Under the pieces are notes generated by a model. That model made no database searches. It was not told the origin of the DNA and was given only the letters and a program-made list of their open reading frames with translations. Made by a program: the position numbers and the translations under genes. From a virus, in the IMG/VR virus record IMGVR_UViG_3300025401_000022, positions 16,309 to 80,308 of that record: a stretch of 64,000 bases of DNA; one strand, given 5' to 3'. Of this stretch, positions 48,999 through 57,486 are shown piece by piece (positions within the stretch are counted from its first letter, which is position 1; every line of letters starts with the position of its first letter).

Positions 48999-50881
48999 CG
49001 CTTACCGTGCCAACCCTCCGCAGCAAGAGGAAAGTCGGGAGCCCACGTTGGTGGCGTCGTCATAATGCGTATGACGTCAGCCAACGCGGACTCCGCGCTT
49101 TGTTCTTCAACTAGGAGTAGTACCTCATCATGGATGCTGTTGATCACCTCGTAACCGGCTTGCTCAAGGTTAAGCATAGCCACGGCAAGACAGTCCCTAG
49201 CGGTACCTTGCACCGCGGACTGAAAAATAGAACTACCAATCAAAGCGTTCCTGCTCCACTGCCGGGTGTAAGTGTTCTGGCTGTGGACAGTGACGCCCAG
49301 CTTCTGGCTACCCCACGGAGTGGTCAGCAGCTCGAGCTCTGGCCTCTGCCAGCAGATAAGCCTGCCGCTGGGTAACTGCATCCACAATGCGTTCTTGGCA
49401 ACCTTCAGTGCAATCTTACTGCCAGCACGGAACGCAGTACCGGGATTGTTTACTGCATCAATCGAGGCAGCTTCGCACGCTGCCCACAACTCCTTCACTC
49501 GCGCATACGAACTGCGGTAACCATCTACTGCGCTCTTGGCTTGCGCCTCACTCAGTTTGACACCCATTCCTTCAGCATACTTAACCAACCCTTTAGCACC
49601 CTGACCAAACATCGCGCCGAGGACAGCTGATTTTGATACCTGGCGTTGATCCTTCGTGACTTCATCATAAGGGACTCGGTATAGGCTTTCTGAAGCGAAC
49701 ACTTTGTACTCATCTAATCCTTTCCGGAACAATTCGACTTTGTCGTTTTGTCCTGCGAGCCAAACCCCAACTCGGTTTTCAATTGAGCTAAAATCCACGT
49801 CAACGAAGGTCTTGCCGTCAGGAGCTTTGATTGCCGATCGAACCAAACTGGATAGCTCTTGCATGGATCCTTGTGCTTGCTCAAATACCAAAGGTATTGC
49901 CTGTTCAATTTGTTCATCGCCGATTGTGGGGCGCGCAATATTTTGGAGATTGAGCCCACCACGCGATGCCCAGCGGCCAGTACTAGCGCCATGATATACC
50001 AGTGTATTCCTAATACGACCATCTCGTTGTATCTCCATCATCTTAGCGTACTTAGCCACGCTAGTTTGGCTTCCTTCTTGGCGTAATTCTAACGCCCGCT
50101 TAATCACCGGGAATATGTTGCATTGCAGCATTTTTGAAACGGTCTCTGCGGTCAAATCGGGCATTGGGGCATGCGGTATCATCCTGTTAATCCATGCCAG
50201 CAATTTAGCCCTCTCAGACGGCTTACAACCGGTCAAGGTGAGGCATTCGTTGTCGATGGCTGCCTGGGCATCATTGACTGCCTTAACAGCGTTGTGGAGC
50301 TCTTCTGGGTCCACAGGAACGCCTCGAAGGTTAATCCGCTGCGTGAGGGTCCAGACATCCTGTTCCTCGGCTGTAAGAGGCCTTAAAACGCTTCCTATGG
50401 CCATCTCTGTGCGTACGTCTCCCATACAATAGTCATACATCTGTTTCAATAGTACAGGATCCTGGTTAAATGTACCATCTTTTTGAGGTTTGCATAATTT
50501 TTGAATAAGTCGTTTACCAATTGGGTCTTTTTGTTCCGACGTGCCTAAAAATATAGCAGCATCTTCCAGGCTCTGTGGCACGTTATTAGCTGCAGCAATT
50601 GCCATAGTATCTATACAACGCTCTAACCTAACATCTAATCCCAGCACATACTTCATAATGTGCCATTCAAACATAACATTCCAGCCTTGAAACCACGTTT
50701 TGTCCTCAAACATAAACATTGGTAGTGCTGTGTTGGGAGTCCACAATCTAATAGGGCCATTGTCAATGGAGTATGCCATACAAATAACCTCTGTGCTGGG
50801 GTCATTAGCATAAATATCTAAGCCATAAGTTGGTAAGTCCACGTTACTGCGAACCTCAAAGTCCAAATTAACTAACATCAC
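48986..50881 (-). CDS. Family A DNA polymerase with 3'-5' exonuclease
   Basis: LDFE exo I; DFSSIENRV motif A; RQVSKSAVLG motif B; IHDEV motif C. Confidence 0.95.
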   Translation of the reverse strand: MMLVNLDFEVRSNVDLPTYGLDIYANDPSTEVICMAYSIDNGPIRLWTPNTALPMFMFEDKTWFQGWNVMFEWHIMKYVLGLDVRLERCIDTMAIAAANNVPQSLEDAAIFLGTSEQKDPIGKRLIQKLCKPQKDGTFNQDPVLLKQMYDYCMGDVRTEMAIGSVLRPLTAEEQDVWTLTQRINLRGVPVDPEELHNAVKAVNDAQAAIDNECLTLTGCKPSERAKLLAWINRMIPHAPMPDLTAETVSKMLQCNIFPVIKRALELRQEGSQTSVAKYAKMMEIQRDGRIRNTLVYHGASTGRWASRGGLNLQNIARPTIGDEQIEQAIPLVFEQAQGSMQELSSLVRSAIKAPDGKTFVDVDFSSIENRVGVWLAGQNDKVELFRKGLDEYKVFASESLYRVPYDEVTKDQRQVSKSAVLGAMFGQGAKGLVKYAEGMGVKLSEAQAKSAVDGYRSSYARVKELWAACEAASIDAVNNPGTAFRAGSKIALKVAKNALWMQLPSGRLICWQRPELELLTTPWGSQKLGVTVHSQNTYTRQWSRNALIGSSIFQSAVQGTARDCLAVAMLNLEQAGYEVINSIHDEVLLLVEEQSAESALADVIRIMTTPPTWAPDFPLAAEGWHGKRYRK

Positions 50882-51333
50882 ATATTTCCTAAAATTTTAA
50901 AAATAGGTTTCAGAGTTTCAATGCCCCATTCGTTTAAGGCCGCATTAACAGCAGCCAAAACTACTCGAGTATTTTCTGGTGAGTAATCTCTATTGTTGCT
51001 ATCTATTCTATCTAATGAAGGTGCGAATGGGTTTACATGATTTTTTGTTATGGGTTGTAAATCAAAAGGTAATCCAGTTAATTCACACCTACCCAGCAAA
51101 ATTTTAGATTCAATCCATTCTGGTGTGATAGACATAGCGCCGCCAAAACGAATTGCTCGGTGTTTTGCAGCATTATATAGGAATGAACTTCTTGATTTGG
51201 GGTCTAACAGGCGGTTGGCGTCATGTGACTTTTTACAGTCTTTACACCACCATTGAAGGCCGTCTGATGTGCTTTTCCGTTTAGAAAAACAATTCAAAGG
51301 TTTTGAGATTTGGCATTTATTGCAGGTTTTCAC
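50878..51333 (-). CDS. HNH-like endonuclease with N-terminal Zn finger
   Basis: KTCNKC..CKDC; CELTG..SLDRID..YSPENTRVV..VN; GTG start after AGGAG. Confidence 0.75.
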   Translation of the reverse strand: MKTCNKCQISKPLNCFSKRKSTSDGLQWWCKDCKKSHDANRLLDPKSRSSFLYNAAKHRAIRFGGAMSITPEWIESKILLGRCELTGLPFDLQPITKNHVNPFAPSLDRIDSNNRDYSPENTRVVLAAVNAALNEWGIETLKPIFKILGNM

Positions 51334-51387
51334 GCACACTCCTAAGGATAAAGCTGACGTATCAGCGGGAACTTCTATTCTACTCTT

Positions 51388-51397
51388 ACTAATACGC
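51388..51397 (-). promoter_or_regulatory. Phage promoter motif upstream of HNH/DNA polymerase
   Basis: Exact motif, fused to the U-tract of a terminator. Confidence 0.75.
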
Positions 51398-51419
51398 AAA
51401 AAAGGGGGCCGAAGCCCCC
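51398..51419 (-). terminator. Intrinsic terminator
   Basis: GGGGGC-TTCG-GCCCCC-TTTTTT. Confidence 0.8.
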
Positions 51420-51443
51420 AAAACTCACCACCATGTGAAATAA

Positions 51444-51590
51444 TTACTTAAGTCTATCTATTACCTGTTGCTTTTCACTGTTTGATAGACGTGTCCAAGC
51501 TGTAATCTCTTCCTTTGTTCGCTGACAGCCGCGGCAAACGCCGAAGAAGTCAAGCGAACATTTTCCGACACAGGGGCTTGCCACATCCAC
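51444..51590 (-). CDS. DUF1289-like small Cys-rich protein (start uncertain)
   Basis: SPCVGKC....CRGCQRT.EEI..W. Confidence 0.75.
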   Translation of the reverse strand: MDVASPCVGKCSLDFFGVCRGCQRTKEEITAWTRLSNSEKQQVIDRLK

Positions 51591-51635
51591 GCAAGATTCC
51601 AATTGAGAAGATTGAGTGGAGGGCAATCCCATACC

Positions 51636-53510
51636 TTAGATCTCACAGACACCGGCAGCACACGCTAACATTTGAGCGCCCTCTACGTTGTCTGTGTTCT
51701 CTGACAGCAAACTCCAGTCAATGGTTGGCATCTTAGCCTTGAGCTCTTCGTACTCTGCCTCTGTACAAGTCTCGTACGGAGCCTGACGGTATGTGCCACC
51801 GTCATACGGCAGGTAAGACACGCCGCTGATCTCGTCAAAGTGATCCCATGTCCACGCTCCTACTGATGGCCAATCCTTCTCTTCGACCGAGATGGTTACA
51901 GAAGGCTTGTGCTCACACCAGTGGCGCTGGTAGGTCAACCACAGCTGCAAGTGTGCCAGTGGTGTCACTTCGTCTCTGGTGATTCCGTCTGGGGCTTTGA
52001 TTGGGAAGCTAAACACAGTTGTCTGAGTTGGCTTGTAGACACAGTCTTCCGCTGGAACTCCTTGGCTAACCAAGAATTGGCTGAGAGGATCTTTCTTATC
52101 TCCTCGTACTCTGCGGATGTAGTATTTAGCGTGTCGTGGGTGGATTCCCGAAGCTGAGTCAACGAGCTGCGAAACTGTGCCACTTGGTTTAACACATGTA
52201 ATTGCTGCTGATACAGGGATTCCAAGTTTTGTAGCAAACTGTTCATTTGCATCTCTTGCTGCCAGGCGTAGCTCTGCGAGGAGTTCATTTAGTTCTGGTC
52301 CTTCTGTTGTAAGGAGTGGGTTATCGTAGATTCCTGTAAGGGATACTCCCAATAAGCGTTCTTCTTCGGTATTTCTTTGCCACACTTTTCGCAAGTAAGG
52401 AAATTTAGTGAAGGTAGCTTGTATGGTACCGAGTATTGAAGCGAGACGCACTTTTCGCAGCAAAGTTTCTTTGTTGTCGTCATGGCGTACTACACATTCA
52501 CTAAGATTACAGAATTGGTATGGTCGCAGAATGATCTCTGAGCACGGATTTGTTCCGAACTCATAATTTGGATCACGATGCCCGTATTTTTCAACCGTCT
52601 TTTTAGCAGCCTCCCGATTAAAAATGCCTCGTTCACCGGAATGGGAGTTGTAAAGTGACAGCCATTCTTCCATGAACTTTCCGACAGTAGGTGTTTCGTT
52701 ATACACCGCACTGTTGTTCGCAAGAGCGCGGTGTGGTGCTGTGTCCCACCATGGTCCAGCTTTTGCATGACGAATCCTTTCATCATCAAGATCAGATAAC
52801 GAGATCATTGCAGAGCGACGTACGCCACCCACTACAACCACCTCACCAATTTTACACATAAGATCGTGGCACTCTAACGAATGCAGTTTGCGACCCTGCG
52901 CGTGTTTAAACATATTAACAGCAAACTTAAATAAATCTATTAATGGTTCTGGCCCGGAAGCTCTTCCACCAAAAGTTTTGAGTCGTGTTCCGGCAGCTCT
53001 AACGGTTGATACGTCCCACTGGGGAATTTCCCCGGCGTATAAGTGTGCGATGAGAAGACGCAATGACTTGGCCCATCCTTCCTTAGAGTCGTGGACACTA
53101 ATTGTCCCCCCAGATTCAAATAACTTCTCTGGCACTTCAGGCAGTTTATTAATGTATTTACTCTCAACCGAGAAGCCGACACCCGTTCCGCATAACAATA
53201 TAAACATGGCTTCATCAAAAGATTTAACATCATCGACAGGTAAATACGAACAGTTGTAAACACATGTGTTATCACGATCTGCACTCTTTCCTGCCGTCAT
53301 AACAGCGCGCATAGACGGCATTAGTTCAAGGTTATAAATGGCACTACGCAATTCTGTTTTTAATTTAGTGTCTTCACTAATCGCTGGTGTGCGACTAAAA
53401 ATATAATTGACGTAGCGGTCTACTGTTTCATCCCAAGTCTCACGACGACCTTTGTCATCTTGGTAACGGGCATAACGGCTGGCGGCAATGTACTCTTGAT
53501 ACTGATCCAT
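51636..53510 (-). CDS. nrdJ: Class II (adenosylcobalamin-dependent) ribonucleotide reductase
   Basis: TNPCSEI, CNL, TCVKPSGT, C-terminal CAAGVCEI; no small subunit nearby. Confidence 0.9.
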   Translation of the reverse strand: MDQYQEYIAASRYARYQDDKGRRETWDETVDRYVNYIFSRTPAISEDTKLKTELRSAIYNLELMPSMRAVMTAGKSADRDNTCVYNCSYLPVDDVKSFDEAMFILLCGTGVGFSVESKYINKLPEVPEKLFESGGTISVHDSKEGWAKSLRLLIAHLYAGEIPQWDVSTVRAAGTRLKTFGGRASGPEPLIDLFKFAVNMFKHAQGRKLHSLECHDLMCKIGEVVVVGGVRRSAMISLSDLDDERIRHAKAGPWWDTAPHRALANNSAVYNETPTVGKFMEEWLSLYNSHSGERGIFNREAAKKTVEKYGHRDPNYEFGTNPCSEIILRPYQFCNLSECVVRHDDNKETLLRKVRLASILGTIQATFTKFPYLRKVWQRNTEEERLLGVSLTGIYDNPLLTTEGPELNELLAELRLAARDANEQFATKLGIPVSAAITCVKPSGTVSQLVDSASGIHPRHAKYYIRRVRGDKKDPLSQFLVSQGVPAEDCVYKPTQTTVFSFPIKAPDGITRDEVTPLAHLQLWLTYQRHWCEHKPSVTISVEEKDWPSVGAWTWDHFDEISGVSYLPYDGGTYRQAPYETCTEAEYEELKAKMPTIDWSLLSENTDNVEGAQMLACAAGVCEI

Positions 53511-53545
53511 TTATTTTCTCTATTGTTATATGGTTGATAAAGGGC

Positions 53546-53576
53546 AAAAAAGCCCGACGCAGTTTCTACGCCGGGC
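53546..53576 (-). terminator. Intrinsic terminator after SSB
   Basis: GCCCGGCGTAG-AAA-CTGCGTCGGGC-TTTTTT. Confidence 0.75.
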
Positions 53577-53597
53577 CGCCCACTACATGGGTACTAC

Positions 53598-54116
53598 TTA
53601 AATTGCGAAGTCTGCTGCTGCGGATGTTGCGCCGCCTAACTTCTCACCATCCTCCAACTTCTGTACGTTGTTCAAACCACAGGCGATGCCCTTAGAACCT
53701 TGTGCATTGTATGGATAGAAAGTGATTGAGGCACGGCCATAGCAACCACTGTAGAACTCATTCATATCCATGATTGGATTGAGGTCAGCATCTACAACAC
53801 CGGGCTTTTGTGCGCTGTTGGCATTGATAAAGTATGAGCCTGCATATGCTGGGTCATCTTTCTCTTCGTCGCCGTCGCGCAAGCCGCCCTTAAGACCCTT
53901 AGGTACTGCGCCACCAAAGTAAGCAGCTGCACCTGCTTTAGTGTCTTCGTACGCCTTGGTAATCTTGGCGATAGTTTCCTTATCAGACTTAGGAATAATG
54001 ATTGATACTGAATACTTCGGTGTGCCGCCCTCAACTGATGCTTTTGGTTGGAACACGTTAGCGTATGAAAAACGAACTTTACCAGTTACGATTTTTACTT
54101 TAGTGGCTTGGGTCAT
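53598..54116 (-). CDS. ssDNA-binding protein (DUF2815 type)
   Basis: VRFSYANVF..KYSVSIIIPKSD..LRDGD..YSGCYGRASI..GLNNVQKL.DGE.LGG. Confidence 0.85.
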   Translation of the reverse strand: MTQATKVKIVTGKVRFSYANVFQPKASVEGGTPKYSVSIIIPKSDKETIAKITKAYEDTKAGAAAYFGGAVPKGLKGGLRDGDEEKDDPAYAGSYFINANSAQKPGVVDADLNPIMDMNEFYSGCYGRASITFYPYNAQGSKGIACGLNNVQKLEDGEKLGGATSAAADFAI

Positions 54117-54137
54117 ACAATTTCCTTATTAACATTA

Positions 54138-54173
54138 GTACTGGTCTTCAATAGGTGCCAGCACGTCTAACCT
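54138..54173 (-). ncRNA. Candidate H-type pseudoknot in the SSB leader
   Basis: AGGU/ACCU interleaved with GUGCUGG/CCAGUAC. Confidence 0.5.
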
Positions 54174-54185
54174 TTTACTGTTGTT

Positions 54186-54195
54186 ACTAATACGC
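54186..54195 (-). promoter_or_regulatory. Phage promoter motif upstream of SSB
   Basis: Exact motif; palindrome TTTCATCATATGAAA at 54213-27; IHF consensus at 54197. Confidence 0.75.
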
Positions 54196-54231
54196 AAATC
54201 AACTACTTAATATTTCATCATATGAAATAGT

Positions 54232-54489
54232 TTAAGCGTCATACAAAATACCTAACTTGCTCATTGCTTGCTTCATTGCTAAGGCCCTTAAGAAGTCTGT
54301 CCGATACTCCGGCTCTTCCAAGATGTCTGGCTCTATGGCAACAATTTCTAGGATTTCGTCAATGGCGTCTCTAATCTGCTGAACGCCTTCTCTGTATCCA
54401 CTGCCTGGTAGCGCGTTAAAATCAAATACAAACTTCTCTATTAACAGGTCCGGTATATCAAACTCCGAACCATAACACGATACCATCAT
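54232..54489 (-). CDS. Hypothetical protein
   Basis: ORF track; AGGAG RBS. Confidence 0.6.
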   Translation of the reverse strand: MMVSCYGSEFDIPDLLIEKFVFDFNALPGSGYREGVQQIRDAIDEILEIVAIEPDILEEPEYRTDFLRALAMKQAMSKLGILYDA

Positions 54490-54497
54490 ACTGTCTC

Positions 54498-54641
54498 CTA
54501 TTTTACTTGGAGTACCAGTCCCACGTTGCCTACGGCATACCCAAGGAACATAATGCCAGTACCCATGCCGCCTTTAATAAACTGGTCTACAGCTACAACA
54601 AAATAGACCAACCCCATTGCTGCTACTAACCAAGTACTCAT
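54498..54641 (-). CDS. Small membrane protein
   Basis: MSTWLVAAMGLVYFVVAVDQF...; read by eye; ATGA coupling. Confidence 0.55.
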   Translation of the reverse strand: MSTWLVAAMGLVYFVVAVDQFIKGGMGTGIMFLGYAVGNVGLVLQVK

Positions 54642-55765
54642 GCAAAGTCCTCCTTCGCATCTTCTTTGGCCTTGACCAGTTTAGGCGAACCTTCTGGCCT
54701 TTGAACCAAGTCCCCCAGCCAAGTCTTAACCTGCTTGTTTAACTTCTCCAGCTGGGCCAATGACTTGAGCTTTGGCTGCTCCCAAATAACTGCTGGGTCC
54801 ATTCCCTTTTCTACTAATACTGTTGCTGCTAATGCGCTATCTGAAATCTTACGGTGCGTTGTTGTAGTTGACAGCTTGTAGCCCGGAGGCACGATGTTTT
54901 GTTCTACCGCTCGAGATAGTGCGTAATCTTCTACGTCACTAACCCAAGTACGCAACTGCTGCGCCTTGACTAAGACTTCGCTGACTTCTTCTTCGTCGAG
55001 GAGGGGCGGGTCTTTGAACTCTTGCTTGGCGAGCTCGGTGTTGAAGTCTGAGCGGGCGCGGCACTGCGCTTTCGCCCTGCAGAACTGGCACCACTCACCG
55101 GGAAGGAACTCACCGCTGCCGGCCCACGCTTTCTTGGCTTTTGGCTTGACGTAGTAGTTTGCCCAGTCGATAAGTTTGGCAATACTTGTCCCGTCAGTGG
55201 AAATGGAATCGAGGCGGGGTTGGTGGATGGTGTAGCTGACTTCTTTGATCTCCGGGTACTCTTCTTTGAACTTGGCGTAAGCTCCGAGCGCGTAGAGGCG
55301 GAGCTGCGTGTTGTCTGTTGCGGAAACGGCCACCCCCTTTCCGAACTTGAGATCACAGATTCGGATTGAATGCTTTGAAAGTATAACGACGTCTGCAGTA
55401 CCAAATCCATCAGGTACCCAGTCAGAGAAGTCCACACGCTGTTCAAAGAGCGGAGTATCGCCTTCGCCAATTTGACTACGAACATATAGAACGTAATTAT
55501 CGACGTGAGCCTCGAAGTCGTCATTGTAGTAGGGTGTGTTTTTAATGATTTCGTATTCTTTTTCATACTCTTCAATTCCAATTTGTCCATAGTAATGTCG
55601 TAGTTTAATCTCCCCAAGAGAGTGGGCCATGGTCCCTTCCTGCGAAAAATCAAAGGAGCCTGTAGCACGTTTTTGTTCGGGGAGCGTTGCCTCTAGTCTA
55701 GCTGACGGTGTGCAGGATAGCCATCGTTTGGATCCTGACGCAGATAGTATGGCATGTGCGGTCAT
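54638..55765 (-). CDS. Cas4-like PD-(D/E)xK exonuclease (DUF2800 type)
   Basis: HAILSASGSKRWLSC; FGTAD; DLKFG; QLRLYALG; CQFCRAKAQC. Confidence 0.88.
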   Translation of the reverse strand: MTAHAILSASGSKRWLSCTPSARLEATLPEQKRATGSFDFSQEGTMAHSLGEIKLRHYYGQIGIEEYEKEYEIIKNTPYYNDDFEAHVDNYVLYVRSQIGEGDTPLFEQRVDFSDWVPDGFGTADVVILSKHSIRICDLKFGKGVAVSATDNTQLRLYALGAYAKFKEEYPEIKEVSYTIHQPRLDSISTDGTSIAKLIDWANYYVKPKAKKAWAGSGEFLPGEWCQFCRAKAQCRARSDFNTELAKQEFKDPPLLDEEEVSEVLVKAQQLRTWVSDVEDYALSRAVEQNIVPPGYKLSTTTTHRKISDSALAATVLVEKGMDPAVIWEQPKLKSLAQLEKLNKQVKTWLGDLVQRPEGSPKLVKAKEDAKEDFA

Positions 55766-55797
55766 ATTATTCTTTCAATTCGTTTTTAGGTATATTT

Positions 55798-55807
55798 ACT
55801 AATACGC
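55798..55807 (-). promoter_or_regulatory. Phage promoter motif upstream of the exonuclease
   Basis: Exact motif preceded by ATTT. Confidence 0.75.
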
Positions 55808-55820
55808 AAATCGGGCACTT

Positions 55821-56225
55821 TTATTCGGAATATTTTTTAATATATTCTTGGGCGGATTGCATAATCTTGATTGAGTCTCTAAAGCCGCCCAGACCACGGT
55901 TGCAATGATTGCAAAGCAGCCCTCGCACCTTGTTGGTGGTGTGGCAGTGGTCTACGTGGGGGGTTTTTTCCGGCACAAAGGGCAGTTTACAGATTTCACA
56001 GGCGTTGTTCTGCGCGTCTTTCATTTGTTGGAATTGCTCTGGCATCACACCATAGTTTCTGGTACGAGCTTTATCCAATTTTTCAATACGATTTTTTTGG
56101 TAATATTCTTTTAGGCAGGCATTGCAATGGAACCGGTATCCGTCTTTCTTTGTTTTGTCTTTCAAAAATTCAGAATATGGCTTTACAATCTTGCACTTAG
56201 AGCACTTCTTCATTGACACCCTCAC
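55821..56225 (-). CDS. Endonuclease VII-family protein with N-terminal Zn finger
   Basis: CEIC..HVDHCH...VRGLLCNHCNRGLG.FRD. Confidence 0.85.
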   Translation of the reverse strand: MRVSMKKCSKCKIVKPYSEFLKDKTKKDGYRFHCNACLKEYYQKNRIEKLDKARTRNYGVMPEQFQQMKDAQNNACEICKLPFVPEKTPHVDHCHTTNKVRGLLCNHCNRGLGGFRDSIKIMQSAQEYIKKYSE

Positions 56226-56291
56226 TGGTAGTTGGTGGGTAGCCAGTGAGTGAGCACTGGCAGGGCCGCTAAGCCGATTCCCCTTTGAATT

Positions 56292-56687
56292 TTACTTACT
56301 TAATTTTTCGATTAGCTGAGAAACTTCCAAGTCAAAATTTACTGCTATTTCTTGTTTGACATTGGCCTTGATTTCTTGACGGTCTTTGTAGTCGTCAGGA
56401 TATTGGCCACGTAGCGCAATCTCTGCGACGCGGCTGTTAAATGCCTTGTTGTCGATGTTGGCGAGCATCATGTTTTCCCAGTACGCTTGGCCGTATGTGG
56501 TGGCCATGGACATGGTCTCGGCAAAGAACTCATCTTCTTGCTTTAGGCGAGCTGCTACGTCTTTGCTAATACCAATTGCGGCGTACATTGCCTTTTGGGA
56601 CGCACCTACTTTACCCAGTTCTAAGATGGTCTCTGCCATCTCAGGGGTAAACTTCTTTTTGTTTGAGGGTGATTTTTTAGCTACCAC
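56292..56687 (-). CDS. terS: Putative terminase small subunit
   Basis: FTPEMAE..G.S....AAIGIS HTH..F.E...AYWE..FNSR..DYKD pattern of TerS-like proteins. Confidence 0.6.
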   Translation of the reverse strand: MVAKKSPSNKKKFTPEMAETILELGKVGASQKAMYAAIGISKDVAARLKQEDEFFAETMSMATTYGQAYWENMMLANIDNKAFNSRVAEIALRGQYPDDYKDRQEIKANVKQEIAVNFDLEVSQLIEKLSK

Positions 56688-56940
56688 ATTTCCACCTTTT
56701 TAGAGCTGCTGCTTTGCGTGTTGGTTTACCGTTTTCGTCCTTCATAGGACCCTTTACGCCTGACATGCGAGCGCAGAATGAATCTTTACGTGCACCACCT
56801 TCGGGTTGTGGCGCCTTTAAATTGCTGCCAGTAGCTGCGTTATACTTAGCACGACCCTTGGCGGTAAGCCCAGCGCCCTTAGACGCAGGCAGTTTTTCAC
56901 CACGACCAATTGCAAGCGATACATTTTTCTTAGTTGCCAT
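56677..56940 (-). CDS. Small basic phage protein
   Basis: GLTAKGRAKYN..NLKAP..RKDSFCARM..RWKC. Confidence 0.7.
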   Translation of the reverse strand: MATKKNVSLAIGRGEKLPASKGAGLTAKGRAKYNAATGSNLKAPQPEGGARKDSFCARMSGVKGPMKDENGKPTRKAAALKRWKCGS

Positions 56941-57092
56941 TATTTTTTCTTAGCTGTCTTCGCAGCTTCTTTAAATTGTTTTGCTGTAGGCGCACCCTTG
57001 GCGCCCGGCTTGCGCATCTTCTCGCCTGAGCCTGCCTTGATGCGTGCCTCTTTAGCGTGAATGTTTGCGTATAAGCCGGGTTTAGTTGCCAT
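56940..57092 (-). CDS. Small basic phage protein
   Basis: MATKPGLYANIHAK..GSGEKMRKPG.KGAPT; read by eye. Confidence 0.65.
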   Translation of the reverse strand: MATKPGLYANIHAKEARIKAGSGEKMRKPGAKGAPTAKQFKEAAKTAKKK

Positions 57093-57101
57093 AATGCTTT
57101 C

Positions 57102-57359
57102 CTAGAATATTACTGAAACGCCTGATAAGCGCTTAGCTACATTGGTTAGTTCTTTGGTTGTTGCGCCGCTGACAAACTCATTGATCTCGATTGCTTTTTC
57201 AATGACTTCGTGCAGGGTTGGGTATGATGGGGCCAGCTCTTCGGTCTTCTTGGTAGTCTTGTTTAAGAGCTCCCAAGCTGCCATGTTGGCCCTGTATTGT
57301 TCTTCCAAGAAAGTCTTGGCTGTGTTAAATACGGAAAAGCGTAGTTCAAATGGATTCAT
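57102..57359 (-). CDS. Hypothetical protein
   Basis: NPFELR..YPT..VIEKA..FVS; AGGAG RBS. Confidence 0.7.
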   Translation of the reverse strand: MNPFELRFSVFNTAKTFLEEQYRANMAAWELLNKTTKKTEELAPSYPTLHEVIEKAIEINEFVSGATTKELTNVAKRLSGVSVIF

Positions 57360-57456
57360 GTAATTCTCCTGTGTGTGATGTGTGTAAATGCCGTCTTTCC
57401 GGCTGTCAGGCTTCTTTACGCCAAACAGAGGCGTCTCACGACGAGCTCCTATATCT

Positions 57457-57486
57457 ACTAATACGCATTTTTAGGATAAAGCGCCC
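57457..57486 (-). promoter_or_regulatory. Bipartite promoter GGGCG-N15-GCGTATTAGT driving the TerS-containing operon
   Basis: CGCCC 57482-86; motif 57457-66. Confidence 0.75.

Noticed and set aside
54638-55765. Cas4 as part of a CRISPR system
   Set aside because: Stand-alone DUF2800-type nuclease in a standard SSB/Pol module; no array or other cas genes
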